Assembly: GCA_020832285.1 (NCBI GenBank)
Contig: JAFIFB010000105.1
Span: 10,777-74,776, forward strand
Length of the DNA: 64,000 bases
Direction: 5' to 3'
From: Balneolaceae bacterium
GTDB taxonomy: Bacteria; Bacteroidota; Rhodothermia; Balneolales; Balneolaceae
The notes beneath the pieces were generated by a model, which was not told the DNA's origin, made no database searches, and saw only the letters and a list, made by a program, of their open reading frames with translations. This document shows, in pieces, positions 10,307-20,010 of the stretch (positions within the stretch are counted from its first letter, which is position 1; each line of letters starts with the position of its first letter). A program made the position numbers and the translations under genes.

Positions 10307-10398
10307 CCAACGGAATCACATTTAAAAACAGGACAGATGCAGGAAGGCTGCTCGGAATGGAACTAAACAATTATCGCTTTAAAGGAAATTTAACGTAA
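10303..10398 (+). pseudogene. Stub of a phosphoribosyltransferase-family gene (31 codons then stop)
   Basis: MTNGITFKNRTDAGRLLGMELNNYRFKG matches the characteristic N-terminus (FKNRxDAG..L...L..Y) of roughly 210-aa PRTase-like proteins that commonly accompany USP genes. The remainder of the gene is absent. Confidence 0.45.
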
Positions 10399-10425
10399 CA
10401 ATGTAATTCATTTATAGAGGGAAAA

Positions 10426-10725
10426 ATGGAAATTCTGAATGCAACTAATATTTACTGGTTTACTTCAGCAGGTTTATTAATTGGCTTCATTATGGGATTA
10501 ATAATTGGAAATGAGGGTATGTCAGTTGGTGCCAATATTATTTGGGGAGTAGTTGGAGCAAATGTCATGGGCATGATAGGTATTTGGATGGGATTTGGTG
10601 ACGGGCTTTGGTTTATGTTTATCGCACTTTGGCCGTTTCTTTTTCTCTTTAATGTTTTTCATCAGCACCATATCGAAGATCTGACAGGAGAAATGGAACA
10701 TCCTGTAAAAGTTATGAGAAAATAG
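10426..10725 (+). CDS. Small integral membrane protein, GlsB/YeaQ/YmgE-like (tentative)
   Basis: 99 aa. Glycine-zipper helices LLIGFIMGLIIGNEG...GANIIWGVVGANVMGMIGIWMGFG. Confidence 0.55.
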   Translation: MEILNATNIYWFTSAGLLIGFIMGLIIGNEGMSVGANIIWGVVGANVMGMIGIWMGFGDGLWFMFIALWPFLFLFNVFHQHHIEDLTGEMEHPVKVMRK

Positions 10726-10975
10726 CATAATTCTGGTTTCTACTTCTGTTGAAAGCAAAAGCCTTTTCCAAATTTATATTTAAAAGTTGTGCCATTACAA
10801 TCCTGGTCAAAAATTCCTTACAAAGACTGTGAGGTATAAGCTTTAATTTTTAAAGGTCAGGCAGGTATACAGTCGATAAAAATTAAGTTTGTTTCCACAG
10901 TATTATTACTGTTCTAATCCTAAAATGAGAGAGAAGCTTTCAAGCAGTTAAGTAAACCATAAGAGGACTGATAGT

Positions 10976-13900
10976 ATGCCCGAAAACCAAGATGTATCTT
11001 TTAGTGTAAATTTTCTAAAAGAGAGTGCAAAAAACCTCGCAAAAAATCACAAAGACTGTGTTTCGGACAAACGGATACGTCTGATAAAGCCCATATTGGG
11101 TGATGTGACAGAGGTTTTGACACGGGCTTACCGTGTATTATCGGACCTTGCAAAAAACGAGCAAGAGCTATCTCCGGCGGCCGAATGGCTTATCGATAAC
11201 TTCTATATTATCCAGGAGCAAATCGTTCAGATAGAAAACGATTTTCCAAAAGAGTTTCACAGAACGATTCCGTTAATCTCAAAGGGCGAACTTGAAGGGT
11301 TGCCCCGAGTGTATGAGCTGGTCCTGAATTATCTCACTCATACCGATAACATCTTCGATGATGAAGGCCTGACGCTCTACATACACAATTACCAGCAGGA
11401 TGTAACGCTGGAATTGGGTGAAATTTGGGCAATTCCAATCATGATCAGGCTAATTCTTGTTCAGAAACTGGCTGAAAAGGCAACCCGGATCCTGAAAAGG
11501 AAAGAAGTTTTCATCAACGTTAGAAATATCCTGCAGAAAATTGAAGCGAGAGAGCTGAGGGAACCCGGAACGGTAGTTGCTTTTATTTCTGATTGGTTAA
11601 AATCTTCTGAAAAAAAGAATGGAGACGAACTTTACCTGATTGAACTCTATAATCAGCTTCAGTTATCCGGTAATTTATATGAAGAGGAAAAACGCTGGTT
11701 CAGCTATCGTTTCAGGCAGTTCGATATGCCGCTTGAAGAGGCCATGCGTATTGAAGCACAAAAACAATCTCACCTTCAAGTAAGCATTCAGAATGCAGTA
11801 ATTTCATTACGGAAAAGTTCAGAAACAGACTGGTCCGATTTTGTTGAAGAGTGTTCTGTGGTTGAGAATATTCTGAGGCTCGATCCATCAGGGCACTATC
11901 CTGAAATGGATTTTAAGACACGTGACAGATATCGCAGTGCGGTTGAGCGGTTGAGCAGGGGTTCGGGCTATTCTGAACCGGAAGTCGCAGAAGAGGTCCT
12001 GTTGCTGGCAGAAGGACTTTCAGTAAATCAGCCTGAAGATATCGGAAACTTTCTTCATGACAAGGATGTAGTGAAGCAGCATGTGGGTTATTACCTGGCA
12101 GGAGAGGGTTATAAGGAGTTGGTAAAAAGGCTTGGGTATAGCCAGCCAACCAGGGAAAAATTTCAAAAGATTCTGGAAAAAAAACCTGAATGGTATCTCG
12201 CGGGCATTATTGTAAATACAATATTTTTGATGGTGATACTGTGGATCTTTACAGATTCGATGAGCAATTCGCTTGCATTAGGGCTGGCTGTGCTTCTAGT
12301 CTCATTTTTCCCGGCATTGGATCTTTCCGTATCGTCGATAAACCGTTTTTTTGCTTTCTTTCTTTCGCCAAGACTGCTTCCAAAAATGGCTTACAAAGAA
12401 GGTATCCCAAATGAGTCACGCACACTGGTTGTTGTTCCAACTATGTTTACATCCACACAGGATGTCCGCAGGCAGATCGAAAATCTGGAAATACGGGCAC
12501 TTGCAAATCCTGACCCGGTATTACAGTTTGTATTGCTTTCAGATTATACAGATGCCGATGAACAAAAAACGAAAAAAGATAAAGCCATAATAAAGGTTGC
12601 AATAAAGGCTATTAACGAATTGAATAGTAAATACAGTTCGTATTATGGTAATAAATTTTTCATTCTGCATCGCGACAGGAAATGGAATTATCTGGAGGGT
12701 GTATGGATGGGCTGGGAAAGGAAAAGAGGTAAACTGGAGGAGCTGAATCGGATGCTTTGTGATCCGGATGCCAATACCGGTTTTACAACAATCGTTGGTA
12801 ACTTTAGAGAATCTGTAAAAATGGCGAAAGTTCGTTTTGTCATTACACTCGATTCTGACACCAGGCTTCCTCCCGATAGTGCCAGAAACCTGGTACGTAC
12901 CATTGCCCATCCATTGAATCGTGCAAGATATGACCCTCAGATGAAGCGGATAACAAAAGGGTATGGTATCATTCAGCCGAGGATTTCAATTCCACCGGAG
13001 TCTTCTGAGAAAACATGGTTTGCACGTATTTTCTCGGGAAATGTAGGGCTGGATCCATATTCTACTTCCGTTTCCGATATTTACCAGGACCTTTCCGGCG
13101 AGGCTGTTTTTACAGGAAAAGGAATTTATGATGTTCAGGCATTTCACGAAGTGCTCGATTGCCGTTTTCCTGAAAACAGAATACTCTCTCACGACCTGAT
13201 TGAAAGCACCTACCTAAGAGCAGGACTTGCCACAGATGTTGAACTCTTTGACAACTATCCATCAACGTATGTAAGTTTTAGTAAACGAAATCACCGATGG
13301 ACCCGTGGCGATTGGCAGATTGCGGCCTGGCTGTTTGGTAATGTACCCTCTCTGAACGGAAAAGAAAAAAATACGATCAATTTTTTGTCGAAATGGAAGA
13401 TTTTTGACAATCTGCGCCGTTCGCTAAATCCCTTTTTTTTAACGGTTTTTTTCGTGGCAGGCTGGTTTCTTCTTCCCGGTTCCGGATGGATCTGGACTGC
13501 GGCGGCTTTTGGCATCCTCGCTTTTCCAATCTATATAAGTTTATCGAGTGATATTTTGAACCGCCCTGCAAGGGTTCGATGGAAACTCTATCTGGATAAA
13601 ATTCGCTCAAACCTCAAAATAAATTCATTGCAGGCAGTTTTTACTGTCATGATTCTTCCGCACCAGGCCTATATACATCTCGATGCAATTTTCAGAACAA
13701 TCTACAGGTTGCGGATATCACGAAAATGGCTGCTCGAATGGACCACCGCATCCCAAATAGAATCTGCCAGCTCAAATTCACTGCCTACCTATATAAAAGT
13801 AAAAGCAGTTACAATTATATTTGCTGCCGGTATCCTTTTAGCAGCTGTATATACTGCTCCACATTACATGTGGATCGTCGTGCCGTTCTTTTTTCTCTGG

Positions 13901-16900
13901 GCCGGATCACCTTATTTTTTGTGGTATATCAGCCAGCCGACAAAAAAAGAGTATCACACGCTTAATGACGGTGAAGTTCAGAAGCTCAGGGTCTGGGCAC
14001 GTAAAACCTGGTTCTATTTTGAGCGGTTTGTGAATGAAGAGCATTTCTGGCTGCCTCCTGATAATTATCAGGAAGCTCCACCAATTCCTGTAGCTGAACG
14101 AACGTCCCCAACAAATATCGGACTGGCTTTGGTGTCAACACAGGTGGCTTACAACAGAGGATACATCACCTATGGAGAACTGCTGGAGCGATTGCTTAAT
14201 ACACTACGCTCTATGGATAAGCTGGAACGGTTTAACGGGCATTTTTACAATTGGTATGAAACTCGCCTGGGTGAAGCATTAAACCCGAAATATGTATCTA
14301 CGGTAGACTCCGGTAATCTTGCTGCCGGCCTTATAGTTCTAAAGCAAGCCGTACTCAAAGAGATGAACGCCAAAGGAGTGAACAGAAATATCCGCCAAGG
14401 GATTGAAGATACAATCCTCACTCTGAAAGATATTTTCAAACCGTTTAAGTATGATAAATATCTGCCGGCTGTTTGCTACAACCGCATTATGCTCTATTCT
14501 GATCGCATTTTAGAAAAACTGAAAAATGCAGATTCGGAAAAACCATTACAGGATCTTGAATTGCTAAAATCGCTGAAAAAAGATGCTGCCTCAATCTGTT
14601 CAACCGATCTGCTTCCGCTTGGCAGTGTGCTTGATGATTCAATGATGCAGGATCTGCTCTTCTGGATTGACAGTCCGCTCAGAATATTAGAGAAAGCAAT
14701 AGACGAGATCAAAACACTTAACGGCTCAAAGATTGAAAGTATTTCAAAGTATACCCACATTGAACTGCTTAATTTTTATAGTAATGACGAACAGGAAAGC
14801 AGCACTTTTCGGCTGCTGAATAAATGGAAGACGCAAGCTGATGAAATCATGTATTTTTGTGATGAGTTCATGAATGAAATGGACTTTTCATTTCTCTATC
14901 TGAAGAAGAGAGGTTTGTTCAGCATTGGGTATAATGTTGAGAAAGCTAATCTGGATGAGGGTACATATGATCTGATTGCCAGTGAAGCCCGTATTGCCTC
15001 TTATATTGCCATAGCCAAGGCAGATGTACCGGTTGAACATTGGTTTCGCCTGAGCAGGCGACTTACCAGCCTGAACCACAACGTTATATTGCTGTCTTGG
15101 GGAGGCACAATGTTTGAGTATCTAATGCCGATGCTCTTTATGCGCACATACGGTGAAACATTACTGAGCCATACCGGACGGAATGTAGTAGAGTGGCAAA
15201 AAGAGTATGGTAATAAGAGAAACAAACCCTGGGGATTTTCGGAAAGTGCATACGGGTTTTTAAATATTGATATGCATTACCAATACCGGGCATTCGGGGC
15301 TCCGGGCCTGGGATTAAAGAGGGGACTCGCTGAAGAGTACGTAGTTGCACCGTATGCCTCGATGCTGTCACTTATGGTGGAGCCACGCCAATCGTTCGAA
15401 AATCTTGTTAAACTTGAAAAAGAAGGAGGGGTCGGCCTTCATGGTTTTTATGATGCTATCGATTACACTCCGGGTCGCCTGAACCAGGGAGAAAAACATC
15501 GTGTTATCAAAACATATATGGTACATCACCACGGAATGAGTTTACTTGCCATAGAAAACCTGCTTAATGATTGGTGGGTACAAAACTGCTTCCACTCTGA
15601 TCCGCGAATCAAAGGAGCTGAACTGATATTACAGGAACGAATTCCAAGAGGGGTACCCATTAAAGAGCCGCATCCAATTGATGTAGAACTTGAGCCAGGA
15701 GAACAAAAGTCAATTCGGAATGTGGTAGAACATGCCGGGATAGATGCATTGGATGACTCGCCGCCAAGATTACATCTTCTTGGCAATGGAAGCTATTCTC
15801 TTTTTCTTACACACGCTGGAACGGGTGCTTCCTCGCACAAAGGAATAACCCTGAATGGCTGGGGGGCAGACACAACTTGCGATCCCCTCGGTTTCTTTTT
15901 CTATATTAAAGATACGGAATCGGGGAAATTCTGGTCTTCCACACATCAGCCCGTAAGAAAAAAACCCGACCGATATGATACCTGGTTTCACAACGACAAG
16001 GTAGTTACCTCTCGGGTAGATGAATGGATTGAAACAACCACTGCCGTTTCGGTTTCACCGGACTATCCGGTGGAGATCCGCAAACTCACACTTACCAACT
16101 ATTCACAGGAGAGTCGAACTCTGGAGATTACGAGTTACGCCGAAGTGGTTTTAAACAGGTGGAAAGACCATATATCACATCCGACATTCTCTAAATTGTT
16201 TATCCAGAGTGATTATCTGGATGAATACCATTCAATTCTGATGAAACGCAGGCCACGTTCAGAACATGAAAAACCGGTATGGCTGGTACACACTTTCGCC
16301 GGAGAAGAGCATCACAGCCTTACTGAGCCGCTTCAATTTGAAACAGAACGTTCCAATTTCATCGGCCGGGGAAGAAATCTGAGTCATCCGGCTGCGATGG
16401 ATATCGGTTCACGGCTGAACGGTAAACCCGGTAATGTTTCTGACCCGATCGTTAGCCTTCGGAAAAAAATTACGCTTGCACCGGGCGAAAAGGCAGAGTT
16501 CATGTTCGGACTTGGCATTGCCGGATCACACGAAGAAGCCGAAAATCTTGCCGATATCTACGACAATCGGCAGGCCGCCAATCGAGTGTTTGATCTTTCA
16601 TCTGTCTATAGCTCTGTGGAACTGAATCATATGGGTATTACATCTAAACAGTCACACTATTTCCAGAAATTGGCCTCATGGATTCTCTACTCCGGCCCGG
16701 CGTTCAGAGCGGATGAGAAAAGATTACGCGGAAATCGGAAAAAACAACAGGACCTCTGGTCTTATGGAATTTCCGGCGATATGCCCTTGATCGTATTCAG
16801 AATCAGCAGTACCAACGAGCTCAAACAGGTTAAAACACTTCTGAAAGCCCATAATTTCTGGCGCACAAAGGGGATTGAGACAGAACTCCTATTTCTGAAT

Positions 16901-19687
16901 GACCATGCACCTGGATATGTGGATGAAGTGAATGAGGCGATTTTGCAGGCCATTGAAGGATCGATGGAACGTGATATCATGAATAAAAACGGTGGGGTAT
17001 TTTTACAGAGAACCGATAAGATGACAGTTGATGACCTGAATCTCATACTGACAGTTGCACATATAGTTTTTAAAAGTTCTCTGCCAGACCTTTCTGAATG
17101 GAATAAAAACCGTCCGGAAGTGGCTTCATGGAGAGAAGATATAGTGGAAGATGAAACACATGGTGAAAATCATAACGTCGAAAGTGCGGTTCCAGAAAAC
17201 TATAAAGAAAAGCTTAAATTTTTTAACGGGTACGGTGGGTTTTCGGAAACCGGTGAAGAGTACCACATTCTTATTGAACTCGATCCGGAAACCGGGACTT
17301 TGATAGTACCACCTGCACCCTGGATTAATGTTATCGCAAATCCATCATTCGGGTTTATAGCAACCGAAAGAGGTGCAGGCTATACATGGAGCGAAAACAG
17401 CAGAGAAAATAAACTCACTGACTGGTCGAACGATCCTGTTACTGACCCGCATTCAGAGGCATTCTTTATCAGAAATGAAGGGTCGGGGAAGTATTGGTCG
17501 CCTGCACCAGGACCTGCTCCGGGGCGGGGTTGGTACAGGGTGATTCACGGGTTTGGCTACACCCGGTTTGAACACACTTCCGGTAACTTTGAGCAGGAGC
17601 TGCTTCAATTTGTACCTGAAGTCGAACCGGTCAAAATTTCTGTGTTGAAAATCAAAAACCTGAACAAAAAACCACAAACTGTTTCGGTATACAGATTTCT
17701 TGACAGGGTAATGGGTATCCAGCGGCCAGTAGCATCACGTTATGTGATACAGAGTTCAGGTCATGGCGACAGCACACTGTATGCACAAAATCATTACAAC
17801 AATGAATTTGCAGGACGTGTGGCCTTTGCTTCTCTGATCCATGCTCCAGACGGTGCGGAAACCACATTCACCACCGACCGGGAGAAATTTATTGGCCGAA
17901 ACCGATCACTTGGCCGTGCTGCTGCCCCCGGGAACGGAGGTCCACTGGATAACAAAATTGTTACAGGCTGTGATCCTTGTGCAGTTTTCCGTACTCAGGT
18001 CTTTATTAAACCAGGTGAAACAGTTGAGTTCTATTTTATGGAGGGTGAATGCCCTTCGCGAGCATCGGCTGATGAACTGATTGAAAGGTTCAGAAAGCGA
18101 GATTTGTTGGAAGATCTGTATAAGACTGTCGTTTCAGGTTGGAAATCAAGGCTGAAACGCATACAGGTTGTAACTCCCGAACCTTCCATGGATGTGCTGC
18201 TGAATGGCTGGCTGATGTACCAGAACCTGGGCTGCCGGATGTGGGCGAGAACAGCGTTCTACCAGGCGGGAGGTGCTTACGGTTTTCGGGATCAGTTGCA
18301 GGATGCTATGGCGGTACTCTATTCGGAACCTGAACTGGCAAGGAAACAGATTCAGCTTCATGCTCAAAACCAGTTCAAAGAGGGTGATGTACTTCATTGG
18401 TGGCATCCTCCAACCGGTCGTGGTATACGTTCGAAAATTTCTGACGACCGGCTCTGGCTGCCGTATGTAACGGATTTTTATGTCTCCGCGACAGGAGATG
18501 AATCCATAATGGATGAAATGGCTGCCTATATTGATGCCAGGGACCTTGAAGAACACGAGCATGAGGTTTACCTGCTTCCTGAAATACTTACTGAGAAGGA
18601 AACTATATATGAGCATTGCTGCAGAGCGATCGATATTTCACTTCAATTTGGTGAACACGGCCTGCCCTTAATTGGTGCCGGCGACTGGAATGATGGAATG
18701 AACCGGGTAGGGGAAGGGGGAAAGGGTGAAAGTGTATGGCTCGGTTTTTTTATATATGATATTCTTAGACGGTTTGAAAAAATCTGTAGTAAACGCGGGG
18801 ACTCGGAACGTGCAAGGCGATATCGCAAACATGCAGCAGATCTTAAAAAACACCTGAACAACGAAGGGTGGGACGGGGAGTGGTTCCTCAGGGCATTTTA
18901 TGATGATGGTACGCCGATTGGCTCATCATCCAATCGGGAGTGCCGAATCGACGCCATATCACAGGCCTGGTCGGTGTTGTCTGGCGCTGCTGAAGATGAG
19001 CTTGGTAAAAAAGCGTTGAATGCCGCTGAAAAACATCTCATTTCGGAGCAGGAAAAGATCATTAGATTGCTTCATCCACCTTTCGATCAAACCGAAAAAA
19101 ATCCCGGCTACATTAAAGGATATATTCCCGGTGTGAGGGAAAACGGTGGACAGTACACGCATGGAGCCCTTTGGCTCATTAAAGCCTTTGCAAAATCCGG
19201 TATGGGTAATAAAGCCGTACACTACTTCAATATGATTAATCCGGTGAACCATACCTTAGATAAAGAGAAGGTCCGGCGATATAAAGCGGAACCTTATGTT
19301 GCTGCCGCTGATGTATATGGGGAGCCACCGCTGAATGGGATGGGTGGCTGGAGCTGGTATACCGGGTCGGGTGGCTGGATGTACAGGGTTGCACTTGAGA
19401 CTGTTCTTGGGTTTAGCCTCTCAAAAAATTCGTTTGAACTAAACCCATCCATTTCTAAGAGCTGGCCGGAATATGAAATTCGATTCCGGGCCGATGATAA
19501 GGGTACAGAATATCATATCAGAATTGAAAACCCGGAGGGTCTTGAAACCGGAAAACTTTGTGGTAATCTGGACGGAAATGAATTACATACTCATGAGAAT
19601 GGTCTCAAAGTCAGGATCAAAAACGACGGAAAGATTCATAACCTGAATCTGAAAATGATATCTAAACAGGAAGTGAACAGCCATTGA
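10976..19687 (+). CDS. cgs: Cyclic beta-1,2-glucan synthase (Cgs/NdvB/ChvB-type; GT84 + central glucoamylase-like region + C-terminal GH94 phosphorylase)
   Basis: 2903 aa in a single ORF. GT region: VVVPTMFTS, ITLDSDTRLPPDSA, GIIQPRIS, SHDLIESTYLR, HRWTRGDWQ, flanked by TM helices. Central region: PPDNYQE...ERTSPTNIGL. C-terminus: RDQLQDAMA, GDWNDGMNRVG, GGQYTHGALW, GWSWYTGSGGWMYR, typical of GH94. Confidence 0.9.
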   Translation: MPENQDVSFSVNFLKESAKNLAKNHKDCVSDKRIRLIKPILGDVTEVLTRAYRVLSDLAKNEQELSPAAEWLIDNFYIIQEQIVQIENDFPKEFHRTIPLISKGELEGLPRVYELVLNYLTHTDNIFDDEGLTLYIHNYQQDVTLELGEIWAIPIMIRLILVQKLAEKATRILKRKEVFINVRNILQKIEARELREPGTVVAFISDWLKSSEKKNGDELYLIELYNQLQLSGNLYEEEKRWFSYRFRQFDMPLEEAMRIEAQKQSHLQVSIQNAVISLRKSSETDWSDFVEECSVVENILRLDPSGHYPEMDFKTRDRYRSAVERLSRGSGYSEPEVAEEVLLLAEGLSVNQPEDIGNFLHDKDVVKQHVGYYLAGEGYKELVKRLGYSQPTREKFQKILEKKPEWYLAGIIVNTIFLMVILWIFTDSMSNSLALGLAVLLVSFFPALDLSVSSINRFFAFFLSPRLLPKMAYKEGIPNESRTLVVVPTMFTSTQDVRRQIENLEIRALANPDPVLQFVLLSDYTDADEQKTKKDKAIIKVAIKAINELNSKYSSYYGNKFFILHRDRKWNYLEGVWMGWERKRGKLEELNRMLCDPDANTGFTTIVGNFRESVKMAKVRFVITLDSDTRLPPDSARNLVRTIAHPLNRARYDPQMKRITKGYGIIQPRISIPPESSEKTWFARIFSGNVGLDPYSTSVSDIYQDLSGEAVFTGKGIYDVQAFHEVLDCRFPENRILSHDLIESTYLRAGLATDVELFDNYPSTYVSFSKRNHRWTRGDWQIAAWLFGNVPSLNGKEKNTINFLSKWKIFDNLRRSLNPFFLTVFFVAGWFLLPGSGWIWTAAAFGILAFPIYISLSSDILNRPARVRWKLYLDKIRSNLKINSLQAVFTVMILPHQAYIHLDAIFRTIYRLRISRKWLLEWTTASQIESASSNSLPTYIKVKAVTIIFAAGILLAAVYTAPHYMWIVVPFFFLWAGSPYFLWYISQPTKKEYHTLNDGEVQKLRVWARKTWFYFERFVNEEHFWLPPDNYQEAPPIPVAERTSPTNIGLALVSTQVAYNRGYITYGELLERLLNTLRSMDKLERFNGHFYNWYETRLGEALNPKYVSTVDSGNLAAGLIVLKQAVLKEMNAKGVNRNIRQGIEDTILTLKDIFKPFKYDKYLPAVCYNRIMLYSDRILEKLKNADSEKPLQDLELLKSLKKDAASICSTDLLPLGSVLDDSMMQDLLFWIDSPLRILEKAIDEIKTLNGSKIESISKYTHIELLNFYSNDEQESSTFRLLNKWKTQADEIMYFCDEFMNEMDFSFLYLKKRGLFSIGYNVEKANLDEGTYDLIASEARIASYIAIAKADVPVEHWFRLSRRLTSLNHNVILLSWGGTMFEYLMPMLFMRTYGETLLSHTGRNVVEWQKEYGNKRNKPWGFSESAYGFLNIDMHYQYRAFGAPGLGLKRGLAEEYVVAPYASMLSLMVEPRQSFENLVKLEKEGGVGLHGFYDAIDYTPGRLNQGEKHRVIKTYMVHHHGMSLLAIENLLNDWWVQNCFHSDPRIKGAELILQERIPRGVPIKEPHPIDVELEPGEQKSIRNVVEHAGIDALDDSPPRLHLLGNGSYSLFLTHAGTGASSHKGITLNGWGADTTCDPLGFFFYIKDTESGKFWSSTHQPVRKKPDRYDTWFHNDKVVTSRVDEWIETTTAVSVSPDYPVEIRKLTLTNYSQESRTLEITSYAEVVLNRWKDHISHPTFSKLFIQSDYLDEYHSILMKRRPRSEHEKPVWLVHTFAGEEHHSLTEPLQFETERSNFIGRGRNLSHPAAMDIGSRLNGKPGNVSDPIVSLRKKITLAPGEKAEFMFGLGIAGSHEEAENLADIYDNRQAANRVFDLSSVYSSVELNHMGITSKQSHYFQKLASWILYSGPAFRADEKRLRGNRKKQQDLWSYGISGDMPLIVFRISSTNELKQVKTLLKAHNFWRTKGIETELLFLNDHAPGYVDEVNEAILQAIEGSMERDIMNKNGGVFLQRTDKMTVDDLNLILTVAHIVFKSSLPDLSEWNKNRPEVASWREDIVEDETHGENHNVESAVPENYKEKLKFFNGYGGFSETGEEYHILIELDPETGTLIVPPAPWINVIANPSFGFIATERGAGYTWSENSRENKLTDWSNDPVTDPHSEAFFIRNEGSGKYWSPAPGPAPGRGWYRVIHGFGYTRFEHTSGNFEQELLQFVPEVEPVKISVLKIKNLNKKPQTVSVYRFLDRVMGIQRPVASRYVIQSSGHGDSTLYAQNHYNNEFAGRVAFASLIHAPDGAETTFTTDREKFIGRNRSLGRAAAPGNGGPLDNKIVTGCDPCAVFRTQVFIKPGETVEFYFMEGECPSRASADELIERFRKRDLLEDLYKTVVSGWKSRLKRIQVVTPEPSMDVLLNGWLMYQNLGCRMWARTAFYQAGGAYGFRDQLQDAMAVLYSEPELARKQIQLHAQNQFKEGDVLHWWHPPTGRGIRSKISDDRLWLPYVTDFYVSATGDESIMDEMAAYIDARDLEEHEHEVYLLPEILTEKETIYEHCCRAIDISLQFGEHGLPLIGAGDWNDGMNRVGEGGKGESVWLGFFIYDILRRFEKICSKRGDSERARRYRKHAADLKKHLNNEGWDGEWFLRAFYDDGTPIGSSSNRECRIDAISQAWSVLSGAAEDELGKKALNAAEKHLISEQEKIIRLLHPPFDQTEKNPGYIKGYIPGVRENGGQYTHGALWLIKAFAKSGMGNKAVHYFNMINPVNHTLDKEKVRRYKAEPYVAAADVYGEPPLNGMGGWSWYTGSGGWMYRVALETVLGFSLSKNSFELNPSISKSWPEYEIRFRADDKGTEYHIRIENPEGLETGKLCGNLDGNELHTHENGLKVRIKNDGKIHNLNLKMISKQEVNSH

Positions 19688-20010
19688 TGCGAATCTGTTC
19701 GAGGAACTGATAAATAATACATCATAATCCAAACTTGGGGTCGTTAATTAAAACACCCAGCTTTTCTGCGAAATTTTCCACTCTGATGCGTTGGGCCTAA
19801 AACAGCCTGGACAACGTCCAAAAGCATGTACTCCCGGCCGCCTGGGATTGCCTGTAAACAAATTTCTTGATGAGAAGTGCGGGATAGGGAAATTCACTAC
19901 AAAGATAAATAAGTATGGATTACCTGATGATTAGCAACTGAAGTACATGAATACAGTTTCGATCCATTAACTTATAAAAAATAATCAGATCGTTCTCAGA
20001 TTCAGAATTC

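Noticed and set aside
10522-10758. 78-aa minus-strand ORF opposite the small membrane protein gene
   Set aside because: The plus-strand frame gives a coherent glycine-zipper membrane protein. The minus-strand frame does not.
11913-19252. Numerous 60-160-aa ORFs on either strand within the glucan synthase gene (e.g. 18146..18616, 12539..12910)
   Set aside because: All are nested in the continuous 8.7-kb reading frame, which has clear domain motifs along its length. None shows a recognisable motif.
19809-19823. TGGACAACGTCCA palindrome (DosR-box-like GGAC/GTCC arms) about 190 nt upstream of the CheB-like gene
   Set aside because: With 5-bp arms, dozens of such palindromes are expected by chance in 64 kb. 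It is not repeated at other promoters of the island.
19780-19870. GC-rich patch in the cgs/CheB-like spacer with short open frames on the minus strand
   Set aside because: The translations (e.g. ...GRCPGCFRPNASEWKI...) match nothing I recognise and have no start codon context. It may be a gene relic, but that is unsupported.
19879-19890. Recurring heptamer CGGGATA upstream of hsp20 (1071), the binding protein (23709) and the CheB-like gene (19879)
   Set aside because: I counted a similar number of occurrences inside coding regions (e.g. 15731, 30351, 24171, 35759). That total is about what is expected for a 7-mer in 64 kb on two strands, so there is no enrichment.
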